DNA of 64,000 nucleotides from Lepidodermella squamata (taxonomy: Eukaryota > Animalia > Gastrotricha): positions 930,001 through 994,000 of the forward strand of contig JBLDXI010000055.1 in assembly GCA_047495785.1 (NCBI GenBank), read 5' to 3'. Below are positions 10,064-21,730 of the stretch, one piece after another (position 1 is the stretch's first letter; every line of letters begins with the position of its first letter). Made by a program: the position numbers and the translations under genes. The notes under the pieces were generated by a model, which made no database searches, had not been told where the DNA came from, and saw nothing but the letters and a program-made list of their open reading frames with translations.

Positions 10064-12398
10064 ATGAGTTACATTCTTCAGCGTTGGAAACTCGGCGGTC
10101 GTGATGGTGATGCATTGACTGCCATTCAAGCGCCCGATCTAAAAGACGAGGCTCGGCGATTGGGGCTGAAAGTCGGTGGACAAAAAGGTGGGCTGTTTTC
10201 TTTCTGTAACTAGAATTTACGAATTATTCGATTTTTTATAAGGTGAGCTCATGTGGCGAATCGACGAGAAATATGCAGAACTTTACGGCCGGTCTGGAAC
10301 ACCTCCGCCTGCTTCACCAGCCACTATTTCAAATTTATCTGAGAACGAAGATGTAAGAACGTTTCCGCTGTTTTCAGAGAGGTGACCTGTGACCTACTTT
10401 TCATAAAATTACAGCCTGCGCCGAAGGAGAAAATTCCTGGGCTGGGCACGATGCCCCATTCGCTGATAAAAAAGAAGCCACCAAAGCGGTCTGAAATTTA
10501 CGAAAAACAGCTACGGAAACGCATGGCTTGGTACCTATCCGGAAAAGCTATCGCCCCAGAGGACGATTCTGAAAATCGCAAGTCTGGCCAAGGGAAAACA
10601 AAAGCTACGAGCTTTGTCTACCATCAAGAAATAACTGAAATTGATCCGAAGATTTTGATTGAGGACTCGGATTTCGAGGTTAAAATTCCGTTGGATGAAG
10701 CTATGGGGAAGGCGCTCGTCGCTTTGGCAACTGAAGCTCCAATCGGAAGAGGAACTGAAACCGTAATGGACAAGGCTATTCGCGACGCTTGGCAGATTTC
10801 TGGCGAAAAGGTAAGTCTACCTTAATCTAAAGGCGTTTTTAACTTAAATTTCGGCAGGTGTTTTTTGGCAATGAATCTTGGACAAAGCTGTTTACAAATT
10901 CAAAGTCCTCGCCGTTGCTTGAATCTATCAGAAAAACCCTAGCGCCCCGGGTTGGCACGATTTCAGCGAAATTTTACAAGCTCTTGGTGTATGGCGAGGG
11001 TTCATTCTTCAAAGCTCATCGCGACACCCAGCGCGACCCGCATCACTTCGGGTCAATCGTCGTTTTCCTGCCTAGCATCTACTCGGGAGGCGAACTCATC
11101 GTCCAGCATGGTCCAGATAAGAAAAAGTTTGACTACGGCCTACCAACTGGCAGCTCTTCGTCCAAGTGAGCTCAAAATTAAGATGAGTTCAAATTAAATT
11201 GTTTTGTATTTTTTTATGATTTTTAGATGCCACGCCGTCGTTTTTTTCACGGATTGCCTTCACGAAGTATTGCCGGTCAAATCTGGCTACCGATTGACAC
11301 TCACCTATCAGCTTTTCTACGAAGGAAACACAGCCCCGGAAGTGCCGATCACACCCGACTTCGTTGCCGATCGTATCGCTCACAATTTGGACAAACTGCG
11401 GCGGCTGAATCACTGGAAGGGCAAGAACGCTGGCTGGTTGCTCGAGCATCGATACGCCCTTGCTTCATTGAAGCCTAGCCTCCTGAAAGGCGCCGATCGA
11501 GATGTTTACGACGCAATTATGACTTCGGGTCGTTACCAGGTCGAGCTTATTCCTGTTGAAGTTGATGCTTCGGGCCTAGGATGGGATGACAGCGCGTTTC
11601 ACACAGCTGAAGGCTACTATGGCCAGTTTCTCAACGAGAAAAGCGACTGGGGGATTTTCTTTGTGGTAAGCTATTTCATCGAAAATTCCGCAACTCTACT
11701 TTGATTGAATACATTTTCAGATCACTCGTTTAGCTGGCAAGCAGCTTGAAAAAGATCTGAAAGCGGCTGAGAAAGCTAACAAGGGCAAACGAGGAGTTGG
11801 GAAATTGTCGAAGAAACGAAAACGAGGATTCGGAGGTTTCGGAAGGGGTTTCGGCGGCTACAGCAGCTACAAATACTACGACCCGGAGGAGAGCGATGAA
11901 CAGCGAGTCGAAAAGCACGCCAAAAATCCTAATCTCCTGACGATTTTCACCTATTTCCCCGAGGGCTACAAAGAAACTGCTGGCGATACAATTTTTCTCA
12001 ACGATTTCGGCAAGGTGACAGTGGGAGATGTTGTCAGTTCGAAGGCTCACGCGACTGGCAATACTGGCACTGATTTTGAACTTCAGTACACTAAGGCGGC
12101 GTTTCTTATCACTCCAAAAGACGGGAGTAAACAGCCAGCTTCTGCTGGGTTATTTTCGCCGAAACAACCGGCAAAATCAGCCACCCCGAAGCCTGCCGCT
12201 GCGTCGAGCAAACCTTCAACGAGTGGGACCGCTCCGTCAAGTGCGGTCGAGGCTAAGACCCCGCGAGCAATGCTAGCCCAGCCGGCGATTTCCAGCTTTT
12301 TCGCTAAATCTATCCAGTTGCAAAATCAGCGAAAACGCCCTGCTGATGAAGATGTGATCGATTTGGAGGCTGGCTCAAGTTCGACTAGTGATGATTAA
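10064..12398 (+). CDS. SAP-domain 2OG-Fe(II) dioxygenase with PIP-box/NLS/SIM tail, 6 exons, ~684 aa
   Basis: Exons 10064-10187, 10243-10352, 10415-10810, 10858-11165, 11227-11665, 11721-12398 join in frame at GT-AG; DLKDEARRLGLKVGGQKGELMWRI (SAP); KLLVYGEGSFFKAHRD...HEVLPVKSGYRLTLTY (HxD..H..R). Confidence 0.85.
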
Positions 12399-12731
12399 GG
12401 TCCAGGTGATTCGAAGATTTATAAAAAATAACTGACATTGCTTTTCCTATATATATCTGAGATGTTTTCATATTACTTTTGGCTACTCCAAACTATACTC
12501 TTAATACTGCTTGCTCACCTTTTGTTGCTCATTAACCGGAATATCGAAATAAATAATATCGGAATTGTGATCTTTGAAATAATTGTTTTACCTCGAAATA
12601 TTCCGAATTCGAACTTGTTTATCTAGTGGCTGGTTGGAAAAGTTTGGCAGAAGTACCGAAAATGCTTTATTATTTTATTCAGAAGAAAAGATATTTTATT
12701 GGGTTCGAGTCAAAGTTGAATGAAAAATCAG

Positions 12732-13819
12732 TTAATGCTTGGTTTCAGGCATTTTGATTTCGTCTTTTTTACCGCTTTCCAGCCATTGCGTGAATGTCAT
12801 CATTTTCGGGTTAAGCTTCCGGGACACATCAACGCTTCGAATAGCCGCCAAATCCTCGGCACAATCGTTGAAAAACTGGAACATATTAGCAAGCTCGACA
12901 GCGCCCTTGAATGGCAACTTGCGATAGTCGTCGTAGCTGATCTGGCGAAATCGAATTTCTCGCCCGAGCGAATACGCAATTTTAGCGGTCATTTCCTTCA
13001 TGGACAAAAACTCGCCGCAAATCGCCACTCGCTTGTTGATGTACTCATCAGGGCGTTGAAAAATGTCGAGTGCACATCGGCCAATGTCATCAGACGCAAT
13101 GCCGGGAATTCGGGTGTCTGGCTCGATCGGCAGAGCGATTTCAAGCTTGCCGTCATCGCCGATTTTCGGCGCCAGCAGCTGCAGAAAGTTGTCCCAGAAG
13201 AATGCGGTTAGCATATAGGTGGTTGGAACGTTGTACTCTTCAAAGAAATGATCAGCCTCGCCTTTTGCGTCGCACTGTGGTACCTTGTAACGCTCGCCGG
13301 CGCCGAGTGACGGCATTGCTAAGCTGGTCAAAATCGGCAATCGGCGCCGGGAATCTTCGAACGTCGACCAAATAGCATGTTTAACCCCGGCCAAGCTAGA
13401 AAATTGATAGTTTCAGCCACATTTTGAGGAAATTTAAGATCTAACCTAGCTGCCCTGGCCATATTCTCAACCTGTCGAAGTTCATCGTCAGGATCCATGC
13501 GTTCCCAGAAGAATGAGACGCAAAACACGCCGTAGACGCCATCGAAAGCTTTCACCAAGGAGTCGAACACACGAACGTCACCGTGAACAACTTCAACACC
13601 TCGCTGCCGCAATTGATCGGCTTTTTCCGACGACTCGTCACGCGTTATTGCACGCACGGTGAAACCATTGCGGTCACCGCTTTCTAAAATTGCATTCACC
13701 AAGCTGCCACCTTTGCGAAAACCGAAAATGAAAATGTTTGAGATTAGATGAATAATGAAAATTGTACCTTGATGGCCAGTGGCTCCAACCACAGCCAATA
13801 CTTTAGTGCTACCAATCAT
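12732..13819 (-). CDS. NmrA/HSCARG-family protein, copy 1 (3 exons)
   Basis: VVGATGHQG Rossmann motif, RAITRD, WSTFEDSR, ANMFQF; introns 13767-13711 and 13445-13396. Confidence 0.9.
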
Positions 13820-13987
13820 TGTCAAATCAACGCGAAATGTTGAAAATTGATTTGTTCTCAAGCAAGTAGGAATGAGTTTCGTTGAGTTCTTAGAAGGACA
13901 CGGGGTTCGTGTAAGATCTTTGTTGCGAATAACAGCGAATTATTCTCTGGGTTATGTTACGTGTTTGAAATGACTCATCAACAGACA

Positions 13988-14059
13988 AGCAGAGTGGCGC
14001 AGTGGAAGCGCGCTGGGCCCATAACCCAGAGGTCTGTAGATCGAAACTACGCTCTGCTA
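13988..14059 (+). tRNA. tRNA-iMet (CAT), initiator
   Basis: AGCAGAG/CTCTGCT acceptor stem with A1-U72, GGG/CCC anticodon stem around CAT, GATCGAAAC T-loop of eukaryotic initiator tRNA; T-run terminator follows. Confidence 0.97.
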
Positions 14060-14161
14060 TAAATGTCCAACTTTTTTTATTTCGAATAGCTCACCGCACA
14101 GCGATAGAATGTTGTCCAAGTCAAGCTTTTCCCTAATTTTCACTTAAATTTGTTTTGTTAA

Positions 14162-15861
14162 GATAAGAGGGTCCCAGAAGAATGGTCAACGGCTATAATT
14201 ACCCCAATTTATAAAAATAAAGGTGAGAAATCAAAATGCCAAAATTACAGAGGCATCAGCCTCTTAAGTGTTGTAGGAAAACTCTATGCCATTATTCTCG
14301 AAAGAAAATTGAGACTATTAATTGGGTCAAAAATTTCTAAACTGCAATTTGGTTTCCAACCCCTCAAGGGCACCAGAGACTGCATTTACGTTCTCCGACA
14401 AATTATTGAGAAAATTATATTCTTTAAGAAGGAACTCCACCTAGTCTTCATCGATCTCGAAAAAGCCTATGATCTGGTGGACAGGGAAAAAGTATGGGCC
14501 GCCCTCCAAAATATGGGTGTAGAACCCAGCTTAATTGAAGCTATTCAAAGTTTATATAAAGTAAATAAAGTTGCTGTTAGAGTCGATTCTGAGCTCTCAG
14601 ATTTCTTCTATGTTACCAGGGGACTAAGACAGGGTTGCCCGTTGTCTCCTTTGCTATTCATAGCGACCTTCAACAAAATTTGCGAAAAAATATCTGCTGA
14701 AAAATTAGGCTTTCCTATTAGCGAGACCGCAAACAGCGAGACCGCTATGAGCGCGACTGATTTCCTAAATTTACTAGCGTTTGCGGACGACGGAACACTT
14801 TTAGGCATGAACCACGACGAAATTGCACGACTACTTCACATTTTCGATTTGGCTTGCACCGAATTGGGTCTGAAAATTAACGCGGCAAAAACTCAATATA
14901 TGATTATTTCTAGAGACGAGTCAGCTACTCAAAATTACGAATTGGAATTGAACGGGAAAAAACTTGAAAAAGTGACCAAATTTAAATATTTAGGGAGTAT
15001 TATTACTAGTGACGGCAAAATCGATGAGGAACTAAACTACAGAATTTCTAAGGCAGGCAGTGTTTTCGGCGCCATGAACAAATTCATGTGCAACAAAAGT
15101 CAGGTTTCCATAGCCACAAAACTTAAAGTACTGACATGTGTTATAATACCTACCATCATTTACGCCTGCGAATCGTGGAACATATCGATAGCCCAAGAAA
15201 ATAGACTAAACACTATAGAATATCGATGGCTTCGATCTATAGTAGGTGTCCACCTAATGGACTATATTCCAAATATAGACATTCGACTTGCGTTATGCGA
15301 AGGTCTCATTGAAGTGAGCCGCATAGTTGAAAAACAAAGGCTAAGATATCTAGGTCACATAATTAGGTCACGTGACTATGACGCAGAAGGACTAATACAC
15401 AAAATATATATTTGGACGCCTCCGCTTGGGTGGTTTGCACCCAGAGGTAGACCTCGAACCAGATGGATCAACGGAGTGCATAGAAGCCTTATTAAAGTAG
15501 GTCTTACTAAGGAAATTCGCCGGAAAAAGAAAACCAATAAGGAAAATAAGGTCAAGGATAAGAAAAATAAAACCACCAAGAAACGAGAAAATAGAAAAAA
15601 TCCCGGCGAAAAGGATTTTGAGATCAAAATTATTCCCGATGTCCAACTAGCGGAATCGGTTTCTTTCGAAAAAGATGAATGGCGCATGGTTGTAAACTCG
15701 ATTGAAAATTACGAATTCTATACAAAAAGCAGAATCCTCGACTGTGGGGGTGGGTGAGGATCATTCTTCGCCTGCCTTCGCCCTCTTCAAAACCGGAAAC
15801 GGTACACGACGCTCAGTCTCGAAGAGGCAAAATAAAACTATTATTATTATTATTATTATTA
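14162..15861 (+). mobile_element. 5'-truncated RTE-like LINE with (ATT)n tail and 12-bp TSD
   Basis: Open frame from RVPEEWSTAIITPIYKNKG..NYRGISLL through QFGF, FIDLEKAYD, GLRQGCPLSP, FADD, FKYLGS, RGRPRTRW; TSD TTGTTTTGTTAA at 14150-14161 and 15862-15873. Confidence 0.93.
14309..15757 (+). CDS. LINE reverse transcriptase (partial; endonuclease missing)
   Basis: RT motifs with FADD catalytic box; frame extends upstream to about 14163. Confidence 0.9.
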   Translation: MRLLIGSKISKLQFGFQPLKGTRDCIYVLRQIIEKIIFFKKELHLVFIDLEKAYDLVDREKVWAALQNMGVEPSLIEAIQSLYKVNKVAVRVDSELSDFFYVTRGLRQGCPLSPLLFIATFNKICEKISAEKLGFPISETANSETAMSATDFLNLLAFADDGTLLGMNHDEIARLLHIFDLACTELGLKINAAKTQYMIISRDESATQNYELELNGKKLEKVTKFKYLGSIITSDGKIDEELNYRISKAGSVFGAMNKFMCNKSQVSIATKLKVLTCVIIPTIIYACESWNISIAQENRLNTIEYRWLRSIVGVHLMDYIPNIDIRLALCEGLIEVSRIVEKQRLRYLGHIIRSRDYDAEGLIHKIYIWTPPLGWFAPRGRPRTRWINGVHRSLIKVGLTKEIRRKKKTNKENKVKDKKNKTTKKRENRKNPGEKDFEIKIIPDVQLAESVSFEKDEWRMVVNSIENYEFYTKSRILDCGGG

Positions 15862-16297
15862 TTGTTTTGTTAAAAAAATTAAATTAAAGGAAAATGTCAG
15901 AAAAATCACCGCACTATCGAATTCGATGTTGGAATAACTCGGTGATTTTAGCAGTAGGAGCTTCATAAACGCAAAATCAGCCCCTGTTCATCCTCCTCTC
16001 ACAATTGCAATTTTTTTAAAAATTACAAAATTTACGAGAAAATTCTAGGAACATGTATCGCAGGTGGAAAACATTGTCCACATCAGTGGGATTCAAGGTT
16101 TCAAGGCCGAATCTTCTGCCAAATCAGCTTTTTTCGTCTATCTGGATTTCCCACGATCTGATAATTCGAAACTTCTGAAATGGTTATCTATTAATAAATA
16201 CACATCTTTATTATTAAGAAAAATGATGGGGCGTGTCTTCTGCTTTACATTTATTATTTATTATTAATGACGCGATATTTTAGCGAAAAAATTGTCA

Positions 16298-16369
16298 AGG
16301 CCCAGGCGGGAATTGAACCCGCGATCTTCTGTTTACGAGACAGACGCTCTACCACTAAGCTACTGAGCC
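16298..16369 (-). tRNA. tRNA-Thr (CGT), copy 1
   Basis: Minus strand GGCTCAG..TAGCTTAGTGGTAGAGC..TCTGT-CTCGTAA-ACAGA..GGTTCAATTCC..CTGGGCCT, followed by TTTTT. Confidence 0.96.
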
Positions 16370-16484
16370 AAGCTGGCGGAGAAATTTAAACCGTAATTCA
16401 AAAATCATTGAATTCCAGGCTCTATTTTTTGGAAAATTCCAGGTTAACGTATTTAGAATTAACCGCAGGCCGAAGATTGCCAGC

Positions 16485-17809
16485 TCAAACGTCAGCTTTC
16501 AGGTCGGCTTCATCAATCTCGAGAAGGGCCTGAGTCGCGACGTTGCTTTTACCCAACTCCGAAATTTTCTTCATCGAAGCCGAATGAGTGGTAAAGGCTG
16601 ATAGGGTCGAGCAAATGTTGGCCGATCGAACTGTTCGCGCCACAAGCTGCCGCTGTTGTCGCCACGCTGAATCCTCCTCATCGGCCAGTTCATCGTCTTC
16701 CGCGTCGTCCTCAGCTATGACATACGTATCCTTCGTTGTCGTATCGCCGTAATAGTAAGAATCGGCGATAGTTCGCGTTTTCGAAACACCACTCCGCCCA
16801 GTTATTTCCGTCCGGAAAAATATTACGCAGGATAACGCGTAAATATGCAGGCCACTGCGAAATGTCCAAAACGTGACTACAGCCGCCCAAAATAGCTGGA
16901 ACCACGCATACGCCGACAATGCTGCCATGTCTTTGAACTTGACCAAGCAATAAAGCAATAGCCAGTGATAGCAGAAATCGACAGCGATGTACATAGCCAT
17001 TATGATTATCCAGATTATCAATACACGATGGCTACGAAGGTAAATTCCGAGGAATAGCAGAAAAGTTGCCAGGGTGATAGCGCCGTTCCAACCTAACATG
17101 AATAGTGCTGGCTGTTGAAGACGAGCGGCTTCGTCTGGAGAAAATAGAGGCGCCAGCATAGTCTCATTATTACTCGGGGTCGAACTGTCGAAATCATCAG
17201 GCGTTGTTTGGCCCAGGAGATACATCGAAGGGCCTAATATCGACAGGGCATGAGGCTTGTGAACATTTGCAGCTGGCTTCGCTGTTGTTGTTGTTGTCGA
17301 TAAAAGTTTGAAATCGATGATTTTACCAATAAGTGACGATTGGTTAGCCTGGTGGTTTGCTGAGAAGTGAACATTGATCGTGGGAATATTTTGGCCGTGC
17401 TTGTGGGAATGATGAGTTTGGCGCACGACTCGAAGAATTTTCGAATAAGCGCCATCTTCATCTTCCCAAGCGTCGAGATCGATTTCATCCTCGGGATGCG
17501 CCTCGCCCTCGCCGTGCCGTTCGACAGCCATGGCTGCCCATTGCTCGGCTAGCTTCTGTTGTTGGGCGCGAATCATCGCGTCTCGGCGATACAGGAAGGC
17601 CATGCGTGACGAGCGGGGCGAGCTGTAAAATTCGCCCATGTAGTAAATAGCTAAACACTGCAAGACATGAACGCTGGTTGACACGATAACGTGAATGCCC
17701 GACGCCATCGAACCATCTCGCAGGGTGTCTAAATAAAAAACATGAGGTTTGAATGAATCTCTGCGACAAAATTACCCCAAAAGCAGCACCAGTTATTGCT
17801 TATGCTCAT
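16485..17809 (-). CDS. Multi-pass membrane protein (LAPTM/DUF4728-like), 2 exons
   Basis: Exon 17809-17776 plus a 47-bp intron gives MSISNNWCCFWDTLRDGSMASG; about four hydrophobic segments with a long first loop. Confidence 0.7.
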
Positions 17810-17974
17810 TGTATGATTTTGAATTTATTGCGCTATATTTTTGAGGAGAAACGGGTTCGAACAGCCATCATGGCTGTACCGTAACATGATACTACCCATG
17901 GTAATCCATGCCGAAAGTCATTACCACGCGGGAATAAATGAAATTCGAGCTGAGTTGATCTGAAAAAATTGCCA

Positions 17975-18046
17975 AGGCCCAGGCGGGAATTGAACCCGCG
18001 ATCTTCTGTTTACGAGACAGACGCTCTACCACTAAGCTACTGAGCC
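17975..18046 (-). tRNA. tRNA-Thr (CGT), copy 2
   Basis: Identical 72 nt to 16298-16369. Confidence 0.96.
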
Positions 18047-18137
18047 GAGCTGAAAAATCAACATTAAATTTGAAAAAATCCATCTTAAAATTTTCATATT
18101 TCTACATCGTCAGAATTTTGAAAAATAAAAAATCGGG

Positions 18138-19976
18138 ATGTTTTTCTTTGCAATTTTATTGATTTTTATTATTGCACCGGTTTTCGCCGAAGATGAGAAT
18201 CTATCAAATTTGTTAGGATTCGGCTTTATTCCTCTGAATGGTTCAAAGCCGAATGATATATCTTCATTCGAAATTTCCTTGGACCCGGCGAATGGCAGGT
18301 TGGAAATCTCGACAATCCTATTGAGATTCGACACAGCTGCTACATTCAACATAAAGGTAGATATTGCTCTTCGCCACCTGTTCAGTGCGCCATCACCTAT
18401 CGCCGAGGGTTCGATATCATGGTTGACTCGACCCGAATCGCCTTCCTTGCCAACATTTGCGATAAATGGCAGCTCTGAATTTATATCCCACGCATTCCAC
18501 AATTGTAATGTATCGCCAAATTTATCAAGTTTGGAAATGCCTATTCCAGAGGGTGAATGGAAATCTGCCGGCGGAAATTCAAGAAAAGTCCTGCTTCTCA
18601 AACTGCCAACGCGAAAATATTCGACCGACATGAACGGAGAACCTTACACAATAGCGATGTCATTGATTGTCGGCGAAGAAGGAGTTGAGATGCAGCAATT
18701 TATCCCAGAGATTGGAGGATGCCATATATTTTCCAACTTGCAAATGGCGTCCAGTCAAATAATAGTTGCCCCGCTCAAACTGACCATCAAAACTATTGGA
18801 AATCTGAAAGCTAATAGCCAATTGATTGCCTTTGAAGATGACTCCAAAAAGTTAGCGAAAATGCTCGAGGGAAAGTCTAATACTAAAGAGGCGTGGAATA
18901 AATTTGTTCAATTTCTCGAAGCAGAAGGTTGTCCTCGACTTGAGAACTGCAAGCCCTATTTGTTATCGGCTCACCCTGATTATCGGCGATTTCACGAATT
19001 CGGCTGCCGGATGCCCTTAGATCAAAATAAAGCAAATGAGCATGCATGGTGGCAGTGTGGTATGGGTTCCAGGGATTCCTACGGCAATTTGCGCCGTCGA
19101 ATATCGGTGAATCCAGAATTGACCGATCACACTCGACTCGCCTGCTACAACTTCGAAGATTTACGGCGACTTCGGTTGAATCCTATTGTTACATGGCAAT
19201 GGTTTGATGAATTAAATCAGGCTTTTCAAACGATTTCCGGCGGTCCAGATGAACCGGGAGAGTTGAACGAATTTGACTCGAATGAATTGCTGATACCATC
19301 TTCCTGGAAGACCGACACGCTTTATCGATGTCTCGACCGAAATTCAAAGCCAGTCGTGGAGTACTACTTTGAAAATCCGAATAATTACCTGAGTGGGGTC
19401 CAATGTGAGTTAATGGATGCTGAAATAGTTAATGAATCAATCCGGCTTTGGTTCGGGGAAGAAAACTCAATGCGATTCTTGTGCTCTGGTTCATCTTCGG
19501 CGCTTGTTGTAGACAGCATTTCGACAAGCTTCATAGACGAGTATGACGGCTTTCCGGAATTTATATCTGAAAGCAATCTCATTACAGAAGAGGCTAAATA
19601 CTCGGAAGCAGAAAATGCAACGGTGATAGCAAGCCGTCGGTCTGAATCTGAGGATTATACAGTGAAAGCTACCATTCGAATAATGGGAAACTGTGAAGCG
19701 ACGACACACGAATGCCGCGATGTTCCCGAATACCACCAAACGAAACTTCAAATTATTCTCAATGTTGATAATGGAGCGAAGGTGGTAGCAAGGCAATATT
19801 ACGTTCATTGCTACCGGCGCGGGTTGATTGGCCGATCAGAATTGGCTGCAGTTAGATTCTGGAAAATGGCGCAAGAGTACTACGGCGATGCTTATAATTA
19901 CGCTATTGAATTCTATAACAAATATCTAGGTCAAACGGACGAACAGCCAGACGAAGAGGCACAATCTCCAGAATGA
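18138..19976 (+). CDS. Uncharacterised secreted Cys-containing protein, intronless; paralogue of 61601-63493
   Basis: Signal peptide MFFFAILLIFIIAPVFA; 612-aa ORF; shared motifs EFGCR/WWQCG/YGNLRRR/YRC/VVEYY. Confidence 0.8.
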   Translation: MFFFAILLIFIIAPVFAEDENLSNLLGFGFIPLNGSKPNDISSFEISLDPANGRLEISTILLRFDTAATFNIKVDIALRHLFSAPSPIAEGSISWLTRPESPSLPTFAINGSSEFISHAFHNCNVSPNLSSLEMPIPEGEWKSAGGNSRKVLLLKLPTRKYSTDMNGEPYTIAMSLIVGEEGVEMQQFIPEIGGCHIFSNLQMASSQIIVAPLKLTIKTIGNLKANSQLIAFEDDSKKLAKMLEGKSNTKEAWNKFVQFLEAEGCPRLENCKPYLLSAHPDYRRFHEFGCRMPLDQNKANEHAWWQCGMGSRDSYGNLRRRISVNPELTDHTRLACYNFEDLRRLRLNPIVTWQWFDELNQAFQTISGGPDEPGELNEFDSNELLIPSSWKTDTLYRCLDRNSKPVVEYYFENPNNYLSGVQCELMDAEIVNESIRLWFGEENSMRFLCSGSSSALVVDSISTSFIDEYDGFPEFISESNLITEEAKYSEAENATVIASRRSESEDYTVKATIRIMGNCEATTHECRDVPEYHQTKLQIILNVDNGAKVVARQYYVHCYRRGLIGRSELAAVRFWKMAQEYYGDAYNYAIEFYNKYLGQTDEQPDEEAQSPE

Positions 19977-20199
19977 CCTGTTTTTCACCTGTTTTTGAAC
20001 TAAAAAAACTGCCAAATAATAAAACATGTTGATTTCAGTTGCATATTAATTTATTGCTGAAAATTGAATACCTCTAAGAGTCATTTCAAAAATTCATGCA
20101 AAATCGTATCATCATTATTTGAAGAGAAGAATATCCAAGAAAAAATTATCTTTGAGACAAAAGCGAAGCAGATTAGACGAAAGTGTTGCGGTAAAGATG

Positions 20200-21211
20200 T
20201 TAACCGCGAATCGGGATGAGATCTTTGTACTTGTTAAGCCAAGCGTCAAAGGTCAGCAAGTCGGGGCAAAGCTTGCGAGCCGTGTTCGGGCAGCGGATTT
20301 TCAGAACAGACTCTTCACACTTGGCGTAGTACAGCCACATGTTGGCAACGTCCTTGACGCCGGGGAAGCCGAATTTTCGGTAATCTTCAACGCTGATGTC
20401 GCGGTAACGAATGGTCTTGTTGAGGGCTCGGGACATTTTCTCCGCCATTTGGTTCACCGTCAATGCCTCGCTCATGATTCCGACTCGTTTGTTGGCGTAC
20501 TCGTTCTGATTCTTGAAGATGCTCAACGCGCACCTGCCAACATCTTCAGCCGACATGCCGCCGATTCGCTTCGAGCCCATGGGCAGCGCGATTTCGTAGT
20601 TACCATCCGACGACTTCTTAGGCTCCATGCCGAGATCGATGAAGTTCTCCCAGTAGAACGGCGTGATGAAGTAGGTGGTTGGGATGCCGGTTTCAGAAAA
20701 GAAACGATCAGCCTCGGCCTTGATATCGAATGGTGTCACCTTGTACTTGCCCGCAAGAATTGGGACATCGGGGTAACCCTTCAAAGCTTCACGAGTGTCT
20801 TCCAGGGTCGACCAGACAATGAACTTAATCCCAGCTTTTCTAAAATAATAAAATTGAATTTTTAACTCGATTTTCGGAGTCAAAGCTGATTTACTTGGCA
20901 GCGTTCGCCATGCTTCGAGCTTGTCTAAGCTCCTCGTCCGGGTTCATGTGGTGCCAATAGAACGTGACGGCGAACATGGCGTAGCATCCTCGGATCGCCT
21001 CGGTTAACCTATCTTCGTCGACCACATCGACTTCGCGCACTTCGATGCCGCTGGTTTTCAGCCATTGAGCGTTCATAGAACTGGTGTCTCTCGCGATAGC
21101 TCGAACCGCAAATTCGCAGTTATCGCCCTCTTCCATGATAGCGCGGACCAACCCAACGCCCTGGTGCCCAGTGCCACCAATGACAGCGATCAGCTTCTTG
21201 TCGCTCGGCAT
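20200..21211 (-). CDS. NmrA/HSCARG-family protein, copy 2 (2 exons)
   Basis: IAVIGGTGHQG, WSTLEDTR, FYWENF, FGFPG; intron 20894-20840. Confidence 0.92.
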
Positions 21212-21409
21212 TTTAATCCAGAAAAATAATGAAAAATTCTATTTAGAGGAGCAAGATGTTATATGAATCGAAATTTTTAGATTTATATATTGGGGCAATT
21301 ATTAGCGAATTAATCTAGTGACGCAGCTGAAACAGCATTTGAGAGCTTACTGTAAGTAATAAATGACGAAATAGCTCTTTCGAAAAATCAGTCGGTTGAA
21401 AAGACAGCT

Positions 21410-21730
21410 TTATTGCCAATCTAGAGTAGAAATTCCTAAATTCGGCCGCTACAGCCTAACTTCGGCCTGGTGACTTCAGGGGTGGCGACGGGAAGAGACG
21501 TAGGCTTTCGACGTCCTTACGCAGAGGCAGAACATTTCGAACGGCGTTGTCAGTATAGCGACTTTCAGTGGTGGCCAGGAAGGTGGAGATACTAGGCACA
21601 GCGCTGCCAAGGGTAGAAATTCGGACACGGTCGTCCAGTAGAACAGCTCAAAGGCAGGTATTTTGAAGCATTTCCAGTCTTGGCGGCAGAGACGAACGCA
21701 AAACAGCCTCGAAGGTCGCAATCGCAGATC
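21410..21730 (-). mobile_element. Possible decayed LINE 3' remnant
   Basis: One minus frame reads RLEMLQNTCL*AVL..RISTL..PSISTFL..RY, reminiscent of the post-RT region of LINEs, with AATAAA near 21410; weak. Confidence 0.3.

Noticed and set aside
17892-18083. 63-aa ORF
   Set aside because: Overlaps a tRNA-Thr gene; spurious.
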